NCBI GenBank assembly: GCA_965199825.1
Contig: OZ241329.1
Span: forward strand, 2,656,001 to 2,720,000
Direction: 5' to 3'
Source of the DNA: Bdellovibrionales bacterium
Lineage (GTDB): Bacteria > Bdellovibrionota > Bdellovibrionia > Bdellovibrionales > UBA1609
Length of the DNA: 64,000 nt
Shown here: one piece after another, positions 1-10,356 of the stretch
Layout of the letters: the number at the start of each line of letters is the position of its first letter
Position numbering within the stretch: the first letter of the stretch is position 1
Made by a program: the position numbers and the translations under genes
Notes under the pieces: generated by a model
Database searches by the model: none
Told to the model about the DNA's origin: nothing
Seen by the model: the letters and a program-made list of their open reading frames with translations, nothing else

Positions 1-2
1 TA

Positions 3-1841
3 ATGCTACAAACTGCCACAACGTGCTTATTGACCGCAGCCGCCTTTGAACAAGAAAATTTGAAAGATCGATTGATCGCCGGTTTTTTTGGCGCAGGCCT
101 ATTTGGTTTTTTACCCGCCCTCGGATTCAGATTGTCGCGTGGGCACTTAAATTTGTTTGAAGGCTTTTGCGCTATTGCTTGTTCACTGGCACTTTATTTT
201 TTAATCGAAAAAAAGCGAGTTAAACCATTTTACCTTATATTGGTTTTATTTGTTTTGCTCAACTGTGTTCCTTCTGGTGGTGCCCAGATTCTTTGCTACG
301 CTGGAGTTTTTTTATTGCCGCTGCTGATTTATTTTGGATTTGCAAATCCTAAGGGGCTTGCTTCCACCGCAATCCTTTTATTTTTTGGCTTCCTTTGTAC
401 TTTGCCCTTTTTGTATCCCATTTTAAATGCCCAAATGAATGGTGACTTCGCCCGAGGAAGTGCCAGCGAGCAGCTCGTGTACTCTTATATTTGGGAGACT
501 TTAAAAGATTGGCAGCAATCTGTGTTTTGGTTTTTTCCGGTGGTGGATTCACCGCGAGATCTCAATTTTGCCCACGAGGTTTATTTTTCCTTTGGACCAC
601 TTTGCTTTTTAGCTTTTATCGATAAACTTAAAACTGAAAAGTATGGTTTGGTGCTCGCACTTTTAGTCTCAACAGCGATGATGATCGGATTTTCATCTCA
701 CATCGAAATCATCGCAAATCCTTTAATGACTTTGTTTTATCCGCTCAAGATGTTTCGGGTTCCCTCCAGGGCCGCCCTTGTGATACTTTTGGTTTTAAGT
801 TTTTTTGCGATTCAAAGCCTTTATAAAAAACCGGAGTTCTCAAAATTTTTGCTCATTCCGTTTTTATTTGTGGTGTTTTGCCATCACTTACAAACTCTTG
901 AAATTGTCTCGTGGCTCGTCGCACTCTCAGGATTATTTTTAAATTCACCCAAACAACGCACTTTTGTTTTGACCTCTTTAAGCCTTTTGAGTTTTCGCGC
1001 ATTTGAGTCGACCTGGTGGCCCCCTTTGACCGACATCACTGCAAGAGCCCAAGTGATTGAGCACATCAGCAATCAATTTGATCAACAGGCCCCCTATTTA
1101 AAAAAACCACTCGTGCGCACCCAATATGAATTGCCATTTTTATTCGGGATGTCGCCGGTGTTGTCGGGGGTTTCAACGCTCAATGGATATTGGTTTCCAC
1201 TCAAAAACTTTTTGGATTTGACCTCGGCGCTCCAAAATAGTGCTCCAATGCCGACCCAAATGGCCTTTGGCTTTTATAAAAACACGCCAGGCTTTAAAGT
1301 CCTAAAAGATCTTTACAATATCCAAGCGGTTGATCGTTCGGGCGCTTTGGGAAATCTAGATTTCGAATTCTTTAACGATTCAAAACCGATCTGGGCCTCC
1401 AATCGGCAAGAGAGCTTTAGCTCAATGTCAGATCTCTCAAACCAACTTAAAAATAACAACCGATTCGAAACTCAATGGACCTCGACAAAAGCGGTCTATT
1501 CCAAACATTGTCTCGAAACTCATTTTTCAGAAATCACAAATGCACAACACCAATTCAAGGTTGAAATCGACTCATCCACTGAGTGTCCAATCACACTGAG
1601 CCTGAATTATATGAGCAATGTCCAAGTTCTTAATGAGACCACTCACAAGATGATCGCAGGTTATGTGAGCGATGGTGCCTTGATCGGTTTTGTTGCTCCA
1701 CCAGGAAAAAACCAATTCAGTGTTTCATTTCCACTAGTCAGGCCGTGGTGGAGTTGGGTCATCGGTCTTTTTGGTCTTATTGCTTTTATGCTTGCTGGCC
1801 CCTTTAATTGTTTGTCGCGATTCACAAATCTGATTGACTGA
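3..1841 (+). CDS. Polytopic membrane protein, YfhO-like/GT-C-like (probably 5'-truncated by the window edge)
   Basis: Many hydrophobic segments, an 'FRVPSR' motif typical of YfhO-like proteins, a large soluble domain and a C-terminal TM helix. Confidence 0.5.
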   Translation: MLQTATTCLLTAAAFEQENLKDRLIAGFFGAGLFGFLPALGFRLSRGHLNLFEGFCAIACSLALYFLIEKKRVKPFYLILVLFVLLNCVPSGGAQILCYAGVFLLPLLIYFGFANPKGLASTAILLFFGFLCTLPFLYPILNAQMNGDFARGSASEQLVYSYIWETLKDWQQSVFWFFPVVDSPRDLNFAHEVYFSFGPLCFLAFIDKLKTEKYGLVLALLVSTAMMIGFSSHIEIIANPLMTLFYPLKMFRVPSRAALVILLVLSFFAIQSLYKKPEFSKFLLIPFLFVVFCHHLQTLEIVSWLVALSGLFLNSPKQRTFVLTSLSLLSFRAFESTWWPPLTDITARAQVIEHISNQFDQQAPYLKKPLVRTQYELPFLFGMSPVLSGVSTLNGYWFPLKNFLDLTSALQNSAPMPTQMAFGFYKNTPGFKVLKDLYNIQAVDRSGALGNLDFEFFNDSKPIWASNRQESFSSMSDLSNQLKNNNRFETQWTSTKAVYSKHCLETHFSEITNAQHQFKVEIDSSTECPITLSLNYMSNVQVLNETTHKMIAGYVSDGALIGFVAPPGKNQFSVSFPLVRPWWSWVIGLFGLIAFMLAGPFNCLSRFTNLID

Positions 1842-1868
1842 GATTTAACCTTTCCGTTTAATCGGGGC

Positions 1869-2393
1869 ATGCTTCGACCTCTTCTTGTTTTTGTTGTGCT
1901 CCTTCTTATTGGCCTCACAAGTTACTTTGGTTTTAAAAAAGCCAATGTGGCGGTGAGGGATCAAACAGAGCCGCAAAGTCTAATGACCGAAGCCAAAGCC
2001 ACCGACATACTAGCCGAGATCAAAAAAAGCCCTCTGACCTTAGTCAATATTTGGGCAACATGGTGTGATCCCTGCCGCGAAGAATTTCCGTTTATTTTGG
2101 CGATGAGAGAAAAATATAAATCGCGTGGCCTTCAGGTCGTATTTGTTTCTGCCGATTTTTCGAGCCAGCGCTCCGAGGCCTTTCAATTCTTAAAATCCAA
2201 TCACGTCAACTTCCAGACCTTTCATAAAAACGAAGAAGATCTTAAATTTATTGAAACGCTTTATCCCCAGTGGAGTGGAGCAATTCCTGCGAGTTTGATC
2301 TTTAATCAAAGTGGTAAGTTACTTGATCACTGGCAAGGTGGCGCAACTCAAGAGCAGTTTGAAGCCGCAATCGAAAAAGCACTAAAGGGGTAA
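1869..2393 (+). CDS. TlpA/ResA-family thiol:disulfide oxidoreductase
   Basis: N-terminal TM anchor, 'NIWATWCDPC' CxxC motif, cis-Pro 'GAIP'. Confidence 0.85.
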   Translation: MLRPLLVFVVLLLIGLTSYFGFKKANVAVRDQTEPQSLMTEAKATDILAEIKKSPLTLVNIWATWCDPCREEFPFILAMREKYKSRGLQVVFVSADFSSQRSEAFQFLKSNHVNFQTFHKNEEDLKFIETLYPQWSGAIPASLIFNQSGKLLDHWQGGATQEQFEAAIEKALKG

Positions 2394-2395
2394 CT

Positions 2396-2986
2396 ATGAA
2401 ATTGATCGCACTGTTATTTTTAATCGCAAACACGGCATGGGCCGTTCCCCAAAAGTTTGTCGACACTCAATCCGAAACTGTCACACTGCTTGATGGAAAA
2501 TCGGTAATATTTAAATCCTTAATCAAAACCAACAAGCCAACACTTATGATCTTTGGTTGCAATCATTGCCCCTACGTCAAAGCATGGAAAAGTCGGATTG
2601 CCGAATTGGGCGCAATGGCTCAACAAAAAGGGTTTAATGTTTTGATGATCAATTCGAATGACGATAAATCTGTTGCCGAAGATGACCTTAAACATATGAA
2701 TACATTTTCTTCAGAAAATCATTTTCAATTTCAATATGTGATGGATCAGACTTCGCACATCGCCAAAAAATTTGAGGCTAGCCGAACGCCCGAAGCCTAT
2801 TTATACTCGGCCTCTCAAGATTTGTTTTATCACGGCGCAATCGATGACAATGCCGATGACCAAAGTCAGGTCAAAAGCCATTTTCTAAAAGATGCGATCG
2901 AGGCTTTGAGCCTCAAAAAGTCACTCCCCAAAGACAAGAGTGAGACCAAATTTATCGGATGCTCGATTAAATTTCGTAAAGGCTAA
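2396..2986 (+). CDS. Exported thioredoxin-like (AhpC/TSA/redoxin) protein
   Basis: Signal peptide, 'CNHCPYV', 'RTPE', 'YHGAIDD', C-terminal 'GCSIK'. Confidence 0.85.
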   Translation: MKLIALLFLIANTAWAVPQKFVDTQSETVTLLDGKSVIFKSLIKTNKPTLMIFGCNHCPYVKAWKSRIAELGAMAQQKGFNVLMINSNDDKSVAEDDLKHMNTFSSENHFQFQYVMDQTSHIAKKFEASRTPEAYLYSASQDLFYHGAIDDNADDQSQVKSHFLKDAIEALSLKKSLPKDKSETKFIGCSIKFRKG

Positions 2987-3058
2987 GACTTTGTTGAACA
3001 TATGCTTTGACCCTTAAGCGAGTCTTAAGTTAAGAGTAAACGCTTTTGGAGGTTTATT

Positions 3059-3241
3059 GTGGCAAAGAAAAAGGGCAAAGTTCGAATTATTACTCTTGAG
3101 TGCACCGAGGCTCGTAAAGAAGATAAGTCGCCTTCACGCTATACCACAATGAAAAATACCCAAACTCACCCTGAGCGGCTCGAAAAAATGAAATACAATC
3201 CCAATTTGCGCCGTCACACTTTGCACAAAGAAGTGAAGTAA
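3059..3241 (+). CDS. rpmG: 50S ribosomal protein L33, zinc-free (C-) type
   Basis: GTG start after a GGAGG RBS; 'ITLECTE...RYTTMKN...[21 protein letters not shown]'; no CxxC pairs. Confidence 0.95.
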   Translation: MAKKKGKVRIITLECTEARKEDKSPSRYTTMKNTQTHPERLEKMKYNPNLRRHTLHKEVK

Positions 3242-3257
3242 GCTAATCCCAATTTCT

Positions 3258-3662
3258 ATGGTTGATCGTCTCTCCCGTCTCGATGTTGTTGCGATGGGAC
3301 TGTCTTTTTTATGCCTGATCCATTGTCTCGCCACACCCTTTGTGTTGATTGCATGGCCTTTTTTTGGTTTTCAACAGCACGATCTGTTTCATTTAATTAT
3401 GGCGATCTTATTGTTAAGCCTGGCTCTTGTCGCTTTTTTGCGGGGCTATCGGCACCATAAAAATTTGCGTGTGGTGATTCTCGGAGCCATGGGTGTCGGA
3501 TTTTTATTTTTGGGTTTGTTTGTTGGGGAAGCCCCATTAACTTCGGTACTCACCATGGAAGCGGCGATCACTATCGTTGGTTCGTTGTTGCTCATTTTTG
3601 CCCATACCCTAAATCTTAAAGGTCATCGGGCTCATGGGTCGACCCACTCCAGCTCCACATAA
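3258..3662 (+). CDS. MerC-domain membrane protein
   Basis: 'LSFLCLIHCLATP' motif, four TM helices, His-rich C-terminus. Confidence 0.75.
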   Translation: MVDRLSRLDVVAMGLSFLCLIHCLATPFVLIAWPFFGFQQHDLFHLIMAILLLSLALVAFLRGYRHHKNLRVVILGAMGVGFLFLGLFVGEAPLTSVLTMEAAITIVGSLLLIFAHTLNLKGHRAHGSTHSSST

Positions 3663-4366
3663 AGCGGAAGATGATCTGAGAGTTTGCTCCAAGGCTCCCC
3701 TTTTAAAACACGGGCCTCGTTCACTTCAAATCCACGAAAATAGATTCGGTCGAGTTTAAAAAACGGGCGCGCACTCGGAAAGCTTGCCGCATGCTCACCA
3801 AACATTTCTAAAAAGGCTTCTCTCAACTGGAGTTCTGGCCACATCAGGGGCGAGAGTTTTTCGCCCCAATCATTAAAATCACCGGCTAAGATCATCGGGC
3901 TTGCGGGTGCAAGTTTCATCTCAGCATGGATATGATCGACGATTTTGCGAATCTGTTTTTCGCGACTGCTCTCGGTTAAATCCAAATGGGCGGTAAAGGC
4001 ATGAAGGGTTTGATCGTTTTCAAAGGCCACACGAGTTGCAAGCAGACCCCGTTTTTCGAGGCGATTGTTTGTTAAATTTAAATTGTTTAGTTTAAGCAAT
4101 GGAAATCGACTTAAAATTGCATTGCCGTAGTGATCCATTTTTTGATGATTATTTTTGCCATAGGCCATGTGAGCAAAATCTTTACCGGCCAAAAATAAAA
4201 TCTGATCTTCACTTTCAGAATGAAGCCCTTTGATTTCTTGCAAAAAAACCAGATCGGCGCCGAGTTCATTAAGTGCTGTTCTGATATCAGGCAAAACGTA
4301 TTTGCGAAAAAAATTGTAACCTTTATGAATATTGTAGCTAATAATTTTTAGACTGCGGCTCTTCAT
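3632..4366 (-). CDS. Endonuclease/exonuclease/phosphatase family protein (YbhP-like)
   Basis: 'SYNIHKG', 'DLVFLQE', 'GNAILSR', 'AGDFN', 'LDRIY', 'SDHLP'; ATG at 4366 overlaps the cls stop (ATGA). Confidence 0.9.
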   Translation of the reverse strand: MKSRSLKIISYNIHKGYNFFRKYVLPDIRTALNELGADLVFLQEIKGLHSESEDQILFLAGKDFAHMAYGKNNHQKMDHYGNAILSRFPLLKLNNLNLTNNRLEKRGLLATRVAFENDQTLHAFTAHLDLTESSREKQIRKIVDHIHAEMKLAPASPMILAGDFNDWGEKLSPLMWPELQLREAFLEMFGEHAASFPSARPFFKLDRIYFRGFEVNEARVLKGEPWSKLSDHLPLYVELEWVDP

Positions 4367-5424
4367 AAAAACTTTCGAACCCCCCACAACAATCGGGCAA
4401 CAACAATATAATAAAATCGAATCATTACCGATTTTGGCTGGAGTAGCTCGCGAGACACCTCAAGATCCGCCCGAAATTGATTTTCGATTTCCAAAATAGT
4501 AGGTGCTGAGTCTAAGCACACGTCACACTCAAGATCCCAAAGCCAACTGCGGTGATTCCAATTGCTTGATCCAATAAAAACTTTTGAATCCACCAATGTG
4601 ATTTTCGCATGAAGAATTGAGGGCAGATATTCATACACCTGGACTCCATCGTTTATAAAAGCTCTTAAAAGATAGTAAGACAGCGGCATCATCCATGGAA
4701 CATCTGATTGATTCGGAATCAAAATTTTGAGTTCGACTCCCCGTTTGATCAAGCCCCGCAGAACCGCCCGTTGACGGAGGGTGGGTACAAAATAGGGTGT
4801 GACAATCCAAACTCGGGTTTGGGCGCGCCGAATCGCATCAAGCCATTCTTTGTGGGCTCTGCGCCGAAGTCGAAAAGAATGATTCAACAATGTGAGTTTT
4901 GAATAAAACATTTTACTGCCAAGTTTTTTTACCCCTTTGGCAATTTTGGGTTGGGGTGGGCCAACAACTTTTGATTTGGACCAAATTTTTTCAAAAGCAA
5001 AATGAAGTCGCTCAAGCTCGATCCCCTCAAGCCGAATTCCGGTCTCGCGCCATCTAAAACTTCGGTCGGTCAAATTCAGACTGCCAAGATAGGCGATCGA
5101 TTGATCCACCATATATACTTTTTTGTGATTGCGGCGATTGATAAACAAAATTCGTCTTAAGGGATGGTAAACTCGAACTTGAATCGATGAGGGCAAGGCC
5201 CCTTTTAAAAATGACCAGGACCCTAAGCCATCAGCCAGGAGTCGAACTTTTACGCCTCGCGAGATTGCTTCTTTAAGATAAATGAGAAATTCGTCAAAAA
5301 ATCGGCCGCGATCGATAATGTAGACTTCAAGATCAACACTCGATTTTGCGTTTTTGATATCTCTTAAGAGTGAGAAATAATAAGTGTCGGCATTATGAAA
5401 GACGCGTTCGGATTTCCAGGACAT
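4363..5424 (-). CDS. Phospholipase D family cardiolipin synthase (ClsB-like)
   Basis: Two HKD motifs ('NHKKVYMVD', 'LHAKITLVD'), 'TPYFVP', 'GSSNW'; adjacent to a ybhP-like gene. Confidence 0.85.
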   Translation of the reverse strand: MSWKSERVFHNADTYYFSLLRDIKNAKSSVDLEVYIIDRGRFFDEFLIYLKEAISRGVKVRLLADGLGSWSFLKGALPSSIQVRVYHPLRRILFINRRNHKKVYMVDQSIAYLGSLNLTDRSFRWRETGIRLEGIELERLHFAFEKIWSKSKVVGPPQPKIAKGVKKLGSKMFYSKLTLLNHSFRLRRRAHKEWLDAIRRAQTRVWIVTPYFVPTLRQRAVLRGLIKRGVELKILIPNQSDVPWMMPLSYYLLRAFINDGVQVYEYLPSILHAKITLVDSKVFIGSSNWNHRSWLWDLECDVCLDSAPTILEIENQFRADLEVSRELLQPKSVMIRFYYIVVARLLWGVRKFL

Positions 5425-5433
5425 TCAAAGATC

Positions 5434-5817
5434 TTAAGCTACTTTTAAATGAACTTCAGGTTCAAAATAAGTTTGAACAAGTAAAACGATGTCTTCGGGC
5501 TTGATGGGCTTTAAAATTACACCCTGTACCTTTTTTCTTAAAGCTTGAGTGATCTCTTTTTTATCAGCAGGTTGAGCCATCAAAAAAAATGGGATTTGAA
5601 TTTGTGAGGCTCTCATTTGATTGAGCAATTGAAGTCCCGATATCGACGGCATATCAAGCCTGCAGATCACCAGATCATAACGTCCACCACCTTTAAGCCG
5701 GTGAAGGGCCTCGACCCCAGTGGCCGACTCAAACACCCGATACCCCGCAAAACGCAGATTGAGAGCGAGTAGACTTCGAGTTTCGGTATCCATTTCAACG
5801 AGTAAAATTTCTTTCAT
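5434..5817 (-). CDS. Single-domain receiver (CheY-like) protein, atypical
   Basis: Receiver fold motifs 'ILLVE', 'MPSISG', 'KP'; Arg at the usual phospho-Asp position. Confidence 0.8.
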   Translation of the reverse strand: MKEILLVEMDTETRSLLALNLRFAGYRVFESATGVEALHRLKGGGRYDLVICRLDMPSISGLQLLNQMRASQIQIPFFLMAQPADKKEITQALRKKVQGVILKPIKPEDIVLLVQTYFEPEVHLKVA

Positions 5818-5912
5818 CTCTCTAGATTAAGGTCTTTAAAGCAAAACGAAAAGCAAAAGAATTGCCTGTGTTTCAACTTGGGAAGATAACCAAATAAAAA
5901 AGGAGTCAAAAA

Positions 5913-6875
5913 ATGTGGTGGAAAAAATTTGTGAAGCCCTCAAAAGAAGAACTTAAGAAAGTTTTGAATTCTGATCAATTTGCAATCACTCAAGGTGAGG
6001 GCACCGAGCCACCATTTGATAACGCTTATAATGACAATAAGGCCGAGGGACTTTATGTCGACGTCGTTTCTGGAGAGCCTTTATTTAGCTCAAAAGACAA
6101 ATTTGACTCGGGCACAGGTTGGCCAAGCTTTACCCGCCCAATTGAAAAGGACAGCATCGAGGAGCGCACCGATTTTAAAATGCTCTATCCGCGCACCGAG
6201 GTCCGAGCAAAACTTTCTGATTCGCACCTTGGCCATTTTTTTAATGATGGGCCCACAGGAAGTCGTTACTGCATCAATTCGGCTGCACTTCGCTTTGTAC
6301 CTAAAGAAAAACTCAAAAGCGAAAACTACGACGAATATGAAAAGGTGTTTCAAAATGAAAAGGCAATTTTTGCTGGCGGATGTTTTTGGTGTATGGAGCC
6401 GCCCTTTCGAAATGCAAAGGGAGTGCTGGATGTGATTGCGGGCTACACCGGCGGGAGCACCAAAAATCCAACCTATGAGCAAGTGTGTTCTGATCGCACG
6501 GGACATTTTGAGGCAATAAAAATTGTTTATGATCCCAATCAAATTTCATACGGTGAGCTCCTCAATATTTTTTGGGAAAATATTGATCCCACCGACCCCG
6601 GTGGACAATTTGCTGATCGCGGAACTTCCTATAAAACCGCAATTTTTTATATGAATGACGAGCAAAAATCAGAGGCCCTCAATTCAAAAGACAACTTAAC
6701 AGAATCTAAAAAATTTGATGATCCTATTGCCACCCAAATCTTAGAGGCCAAAGAGTTTTACCCCGCCGAACTCAATCATCAGAGTTATTATAAAAAAAAT
6801 CCGACACATTATGAGCGCTACAAAGTTGGATCAGGTCGAGCAGATTTTTTGGAGCAAAACTGGAATAAAAAATGA
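5913..6875 (+). CDS. msrAB: Bifunctional methionine sulfoxide reductase, MsrB-MsrA fusion
   Basis: MsrB '[11 protein letters not shown]' and 'RYCINS', followed by MsrA 'FAGGCFWC' and 'HQSYY'; AGGAG RBS. Confidence 0.95.
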   Translation: MWWKKFVKPSKEELKKVLNSDQFAITQGEGTEPPFDNAYNDNKAEGLYVDVVSGEPLFSSKDKFDSGTGWPSFTRPIEKDSIEERTDFKMLYPRTEVRAKLSDSHLGHFFNDGPTGSRYCINSAALRFVPKEKLKSENYDEYEKVFQNEKAIFAGGCFWCMEPPFRNAKGVLDVIAGYTGGSTKNPTYEQVCSDRTGHFEAIKIVYDPNQISYGELLNIFWENIDPTDPGGQFADRGTSYKTAIFYMNDEQKSEALNSKDNLTESKKFDDPIATQILEAKEFYPAELNHQSYYKKNPTHYERYKVGSGRADFLEQNWNKK

Positions 6876-7960
6876 ATGTGGCATTTGAGTCCAATTGTTT
6901 AACAGGCTCAAACCTTACCGGAATTGGTCAATACGCCAAACAGTTATTTGGAGCCCTTTCGCCCATTCTCAAACAACAAAATGGCAGCTTAAAACCTATG
7001 ATTAAAATTTCGCGTTTTGGAAAAAAAAAGCAGGTTGAAACTTTACTCCAATCAAAAGTTGGTTTGTTTCATCCCAACTTCAATTTGGGCCTTGGGGGCT
7101 TTGATCTGTTTCATGGGCCTGATTTTAGGGTTCCCTTTGTTAAAAATCTCGCCAAGGTTGTGACCATTCATGACCTTTGCGAATTCGAAGATGAATTTCA
7201 TCCAAAAGCCTTTACCCAAAAAGGAATTGCGGCAATGAAAAATATCATCTCAAAAGCCGATCCCCATTTTTTTATTGCTGACTCTGAATTTACCCGCAAA
7301 CGGCTTGAACATTATTTTCCTCAAACCATTAATCGAACAGCAGTTGTCCACTTGGGGGCTGATCATCTCAAAACAAGCTCAAAAGCTGTGGGCGCTCCTT
7401 TATTTAAACACAAATATATTTTGTATGTAGGAGCCATTGAGAAAAGAAAAAACACTCAATTTTTGATCGAGAGTTTTAAAAACTCAAATTTAGGTCAACG
7501 TGGATATCATTTGATCCTAATCGGAAAGATCGGATTTGAGGGCGAAGAGATTTTAAAAAATCTAACAGACAACATTCATTATTATGGTTTTGTGGATAAC
7601 CAAAAATTAATTGAATACTATGCCCAAGCCGAATTTTTTGTTTTTCCATCGCTTTACGAAGGATTTGGGTTTCCGATTCTAGAGGCGATGAATTTTGGAG
7701 TTCCGGTCATCACCAGTAATACCACGGCCTGCAAAGAGACCGCTTCAGATGCAGCTCTGTTGATCGATCCAAAAGATTCAAAATCACTCATTGAGGCTTT
7801 GGAGATTTTAAGTTCCTCTGCTGACCTTCGTTCACATTATAAAAACATGGGACTAAAAAGAGCTAAGGAATTTACCTGGTCACAGTGCGCGTTTCAAACT
7901 CTAGATGCCTATGATGAGACTTTAGCTTTGTTTCGTTCGCTCCAAAAAACTTATATGTGA
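6872..7960 (+). CDS. GT4 family glycosyltransferase
   Basis: 'VVTIHDL', '[10 protein letters not shown]', '[16 protein letters not shown]'. Confidence 0.9.
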   Translation: MNVAFESNCLTGSNLTGIGQYAKQLFGALSPILKQQNGSLKPMIKISRFGKKKQVETLLQSKVGLFHPNFNLGLGGFDLFHGPDFRVPFVKNLAKVVTIHDLCEFEDEFHPKAFTQKGIAAMKNIISKADPHFFIADSEFTRKRLEHYFPQTINRTAVVHLGADHLKTSSKAVGAPLFKHKYILYVGAIEKRKNTQFLIESFKNSNLGQRGYHLILIGKIGFEGEEILKNLTDNIHYYGFVDNQKLIEYYAQAEFFVFPSLYEGFGFPILEAMNFGVPVITSNTTACKETASDAALLIDPKDSKSLIEALEILSSSADLRSHYKNMGLKRAKEFTWSQCAFQTLDAYDETLALFRSLQKTYM

Positions 7961-9064
7961 TGTCGCAAGGTTTTCGATTTTGTCGAGCAATTGAGGAATG
8001 TCAAATTTCTTTTGGGCAAAATCTTTTGCGTTCTTCGCACATTGGGCGGCAAAGCCTGGATCGCCCAAATATTTTTCGATCGCTTTTTGTAAGGCTTCTT
8101 CATCTTTTGGTGGCACAAGCAAGCCGGTATCCCCGTCGATCACAGTTTCAGATGGACCACCCGCTTTTGTCGCAATGATCGGCACACCGCTGGCCATCGC
8201 CTCGATCAACACATTGCCAAAAGCTTCGCGGTAAGAGGGCAGTACAAAAATATCAAGAGCCGCCATTGCACCGCTGATATCGTCCATATGATTTATTATT
8301 CGAACCTGCGATGCCATTTTATTTTCAACTGTAAAACGACACAAGCTATGAAAGTACTGTGGCCCTTCGCTATCAACACTGCCGATTAAAACAAAAATTG
8401 TTTTTGGAAAACTGATTAACACTTTTTTGGCTGCTCGTAAAAACTCGAGTTGCCCTTTTTGTGGATCCATTCTTCCAACCACACCCACAATGCGGCACGA
8501 ATCATCCACATCGTAGATTCGGCTCCGCAGGCTCATATCTTTTTTGCTTGGATTAAATCTTTTGAAGTCGATCCCATTAGGAATGACGTCGACCGCTTGA
8601 GATTCGATAGGCAAACAGCGCAGCAGCTCTTTTTTTTGCAATTCGGTAAGTGCCACTAATCGTTTTAGCCGTTTGTATAGCCAACGATGCAAAAAATCGC
8701 GCTTATCAATATCAATCAAAAACATGTGAGCAAAACCGATCAGGTCGATATCAAGGTTGATCACCGCGGGCCGTAAAAGCCAAAGGTCTTTAAGGTGATG
8801 AACAAAAAGGGTTTGAATATTTGCTTTTGTAAGATGACGACGAAGGCGCAAAGATTGAAAGGGGTCTATATAGCGACCATGAGTCAAAGTAAAAACTCGC
8901 AAATCATTTTCGATCGCATGCCGTTCGAGTGGAGAATGAGTTAAGGTGATCACACAAGATTCGTAGCCGCGGTCTTTTAGGCTTGAGGCATATTGCAAGG
9001 CCATCATTTCAAGCCCACCCCATGCACGGGTCAAAGCCATTTGAGCGACAATCGGTTTTTTCAT
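7922..9064 (-). CDS. GT4 family glycosyltransferase
   Basis: 'GGLE', 'IPNGID', 'GRMDPQKG', 'LPSYREAFGNVLIEAMASG'. Confidence 0.9.
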   Translation of the reverse strand: MKKPIVAQMALTRAWGGLEMMALQYASSLKDRGYESCVITLTHSPLERHAIENDLRVFTLTHGRYIDPFQSLRLRRHLTKANIQTLFVHHLKDLWLLRPAVINLDIDLIGFAHMFLIDIDKRDFLHRWLYKRLKRLVALTELQKKELLRCLPIESQAVDVIPNGIDFKRFNPSKKDMSLRSRIYDVDDSCRIVGVVGRMDPQKGQLEFLRAAKKVLISFPKTIFVLIGSVDSEGPQYFHSLCRFTVENKMASQVRIINHMDDISGAMAALDIFVLPSYREAFGNVLIEAMASGVPIIATKAGGPSETVIDGDTGLLVPPKDEEALQKAIEKYLGDPGFAAQCAKNAKDFAQKKFDIPQLLDKIENLATSHISFLERTKQS

Positions 9065-9081
9065 TTCGATTATATTTAACT

Positions 9082-9115
9082 AAAACGCACGGCAGATCAT
9101 TCTATTCTGCCGTGC
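9082..9115 (-). terminator. Probable rho-independent terminator of the vWA lipoprotein gene
   Basis: GCACGGCAGA-N9-TCTGCCGTGC perfect 10-bp stem, followed by GTTTT on the minus strand, 7 nt after the stop. Confidence 0.65.
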
Positions 9116-9122
9116 AGCTAAA

Positions 9123-10199
9123 TTAAAACGTGAGAGTCGTTGGGCTGAAATCCACTTGAATCGCTGCACCTGTCGCCGGAACTGAAGCGCCGTGAAAGAT
9201 AATTGAATTCGAGGCCGAATTGTAAGTCCATCCCGAGACCGCGTCTTGAACAATGTTTGTTCCATTGACCAAAACCGTAATGGTATTTTGCACTGGCGTA
9301 CGAGTGAGATAAAACTGTGTGCTCAACTCTGCAATTTTTTGTTGGATGCTCAAAAGAGAATTGGCGTAACTCGCATCACAAATACTTCCTAAAATCCCAT
9401 TGGTTTTATTTGCGATGTCCATATAGCGCGTAGCGATCATTGTACTTGATGAAGCACCGATATGGGCCTGTAAACAATTATTATCTAATACCGTAATTGC
9501 CGAGACGCTGTAGCGTCGAGTGGACCCGGTGGTCGCAGTTTTGGTATCGAGATAAGACACATAGCTGTCAACACTCTCAAGACCTGGGTCATTGTAGGCA
9601 TGATCAGCAATGCCACCATTGTACTGCCAACTTGCTTCGGGACGGGTGGGATCACTAAAATCATCTTCATCTGAGAGAATGATCACACCCAAGAATGAGT
9701 CGCTTCGCAAAAATCCTTGGTTTGAATTATTTTGAAGTGCTGCTTTAAAACTCGAAAACGAGCGTTCATCTCCAGAACCGAGTGATCCTTGAGTGGCATT
9801 GGTCACAAAAGTAGGGATCAAGTTGAGGGTCGATGGCAAAATATCAAACACACTGGTGTGTGAAGATCCTGCTCCATCGCGAAAAATCGAGAGTGTGGGA
9901 TCATTGTTAAAAAAGGCTCCAGACAAATAGGCATCACTTGTTGTGACAGCCATATGAAAGTCATAACCCTTGGAGATAAATTGATTGATAAAACTATTAA
10001 AGTTTGTGGTGAGGTTTTGCTGCAAAGGATCCATCGACGAGGAGTTATCAATCACCCACAAGATATCGACCTTGTTGTTGACTGTGCCCGTACTCTGCGA
10101 AAATCCTTGGGCAGTTGGAAGAATACTAAAACTTGATCCTCCCGATGAACAGCCTGTGAGTGTGATCAATAATGTTGAAAGTCCTAGTACTCGTTTCAT
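9123..10199 (-). CDS. vWA-domain (MIDAS) lipoprotein
   Basis: Start reassigned to ATG 10199 (GAGGGGG RBS); lipobox 'LTGC'; 'DILWVIDNSSSM' DxSxS; 'IILSDEDD'. Confidence 0.75.
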   Translation of the reverse strand: MKRVLGLSTLLITLTGCSSGGSSFSILPTAQGFSQSTGTVNNKVDILWVIDNSSSMDPLQQNLTTNFNSFINQFISKGYDFHMAVTTSDAYLSGAFFNNDPTLSIFRDGAGSSHTSVFDILPSTLNLIPTFVTNATQGSLGSGDERSFSSFKAALQNNSNQGFLRSDSFLGVIILSDEDDFSDPTRPEASWQYNGGIADHAYNDPGLESVDSYVSYLDTKTATTGSTRRYSVSAITVLDNNCLQAHIGASSSTMIATRYMDIANKTNGILGSICDASYANSLLSIQQKIAELSTQFYLTRTPVQNTITVLVNGTNIVQDAVSGWTYNSASNSIIFHGASVPATGAAIQVDFSPTTLTF

Positions 10200-10220
10200 A
10201 AGAGCCCCCTCGATGATTAC

Positions 10221-10247
10221 TTTTCGGCAGGCCTCGACTAAGGGTGA
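10221..10247 (-). promoter_or_regulatory. Possible sigma28 (FliA)-type promoter
   Basis: Minus strand TCAC-N15-GCCGAAAA, 21 nt upstream of the vWA lipoprotein ATG (consensus TAAA-N15-GCCGATAA). Confidence 0.35.
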
Positions 10248-10356
10248 GTTGCTAAAATAACGACCAAGGTTTTGTCGGACTTGTGACTCAAACTGATCCA
10301 ATCTCGCTAAATTTTAGGTTGATCTCCACCACAACCTTCCCTAATTTTGTAAACCT

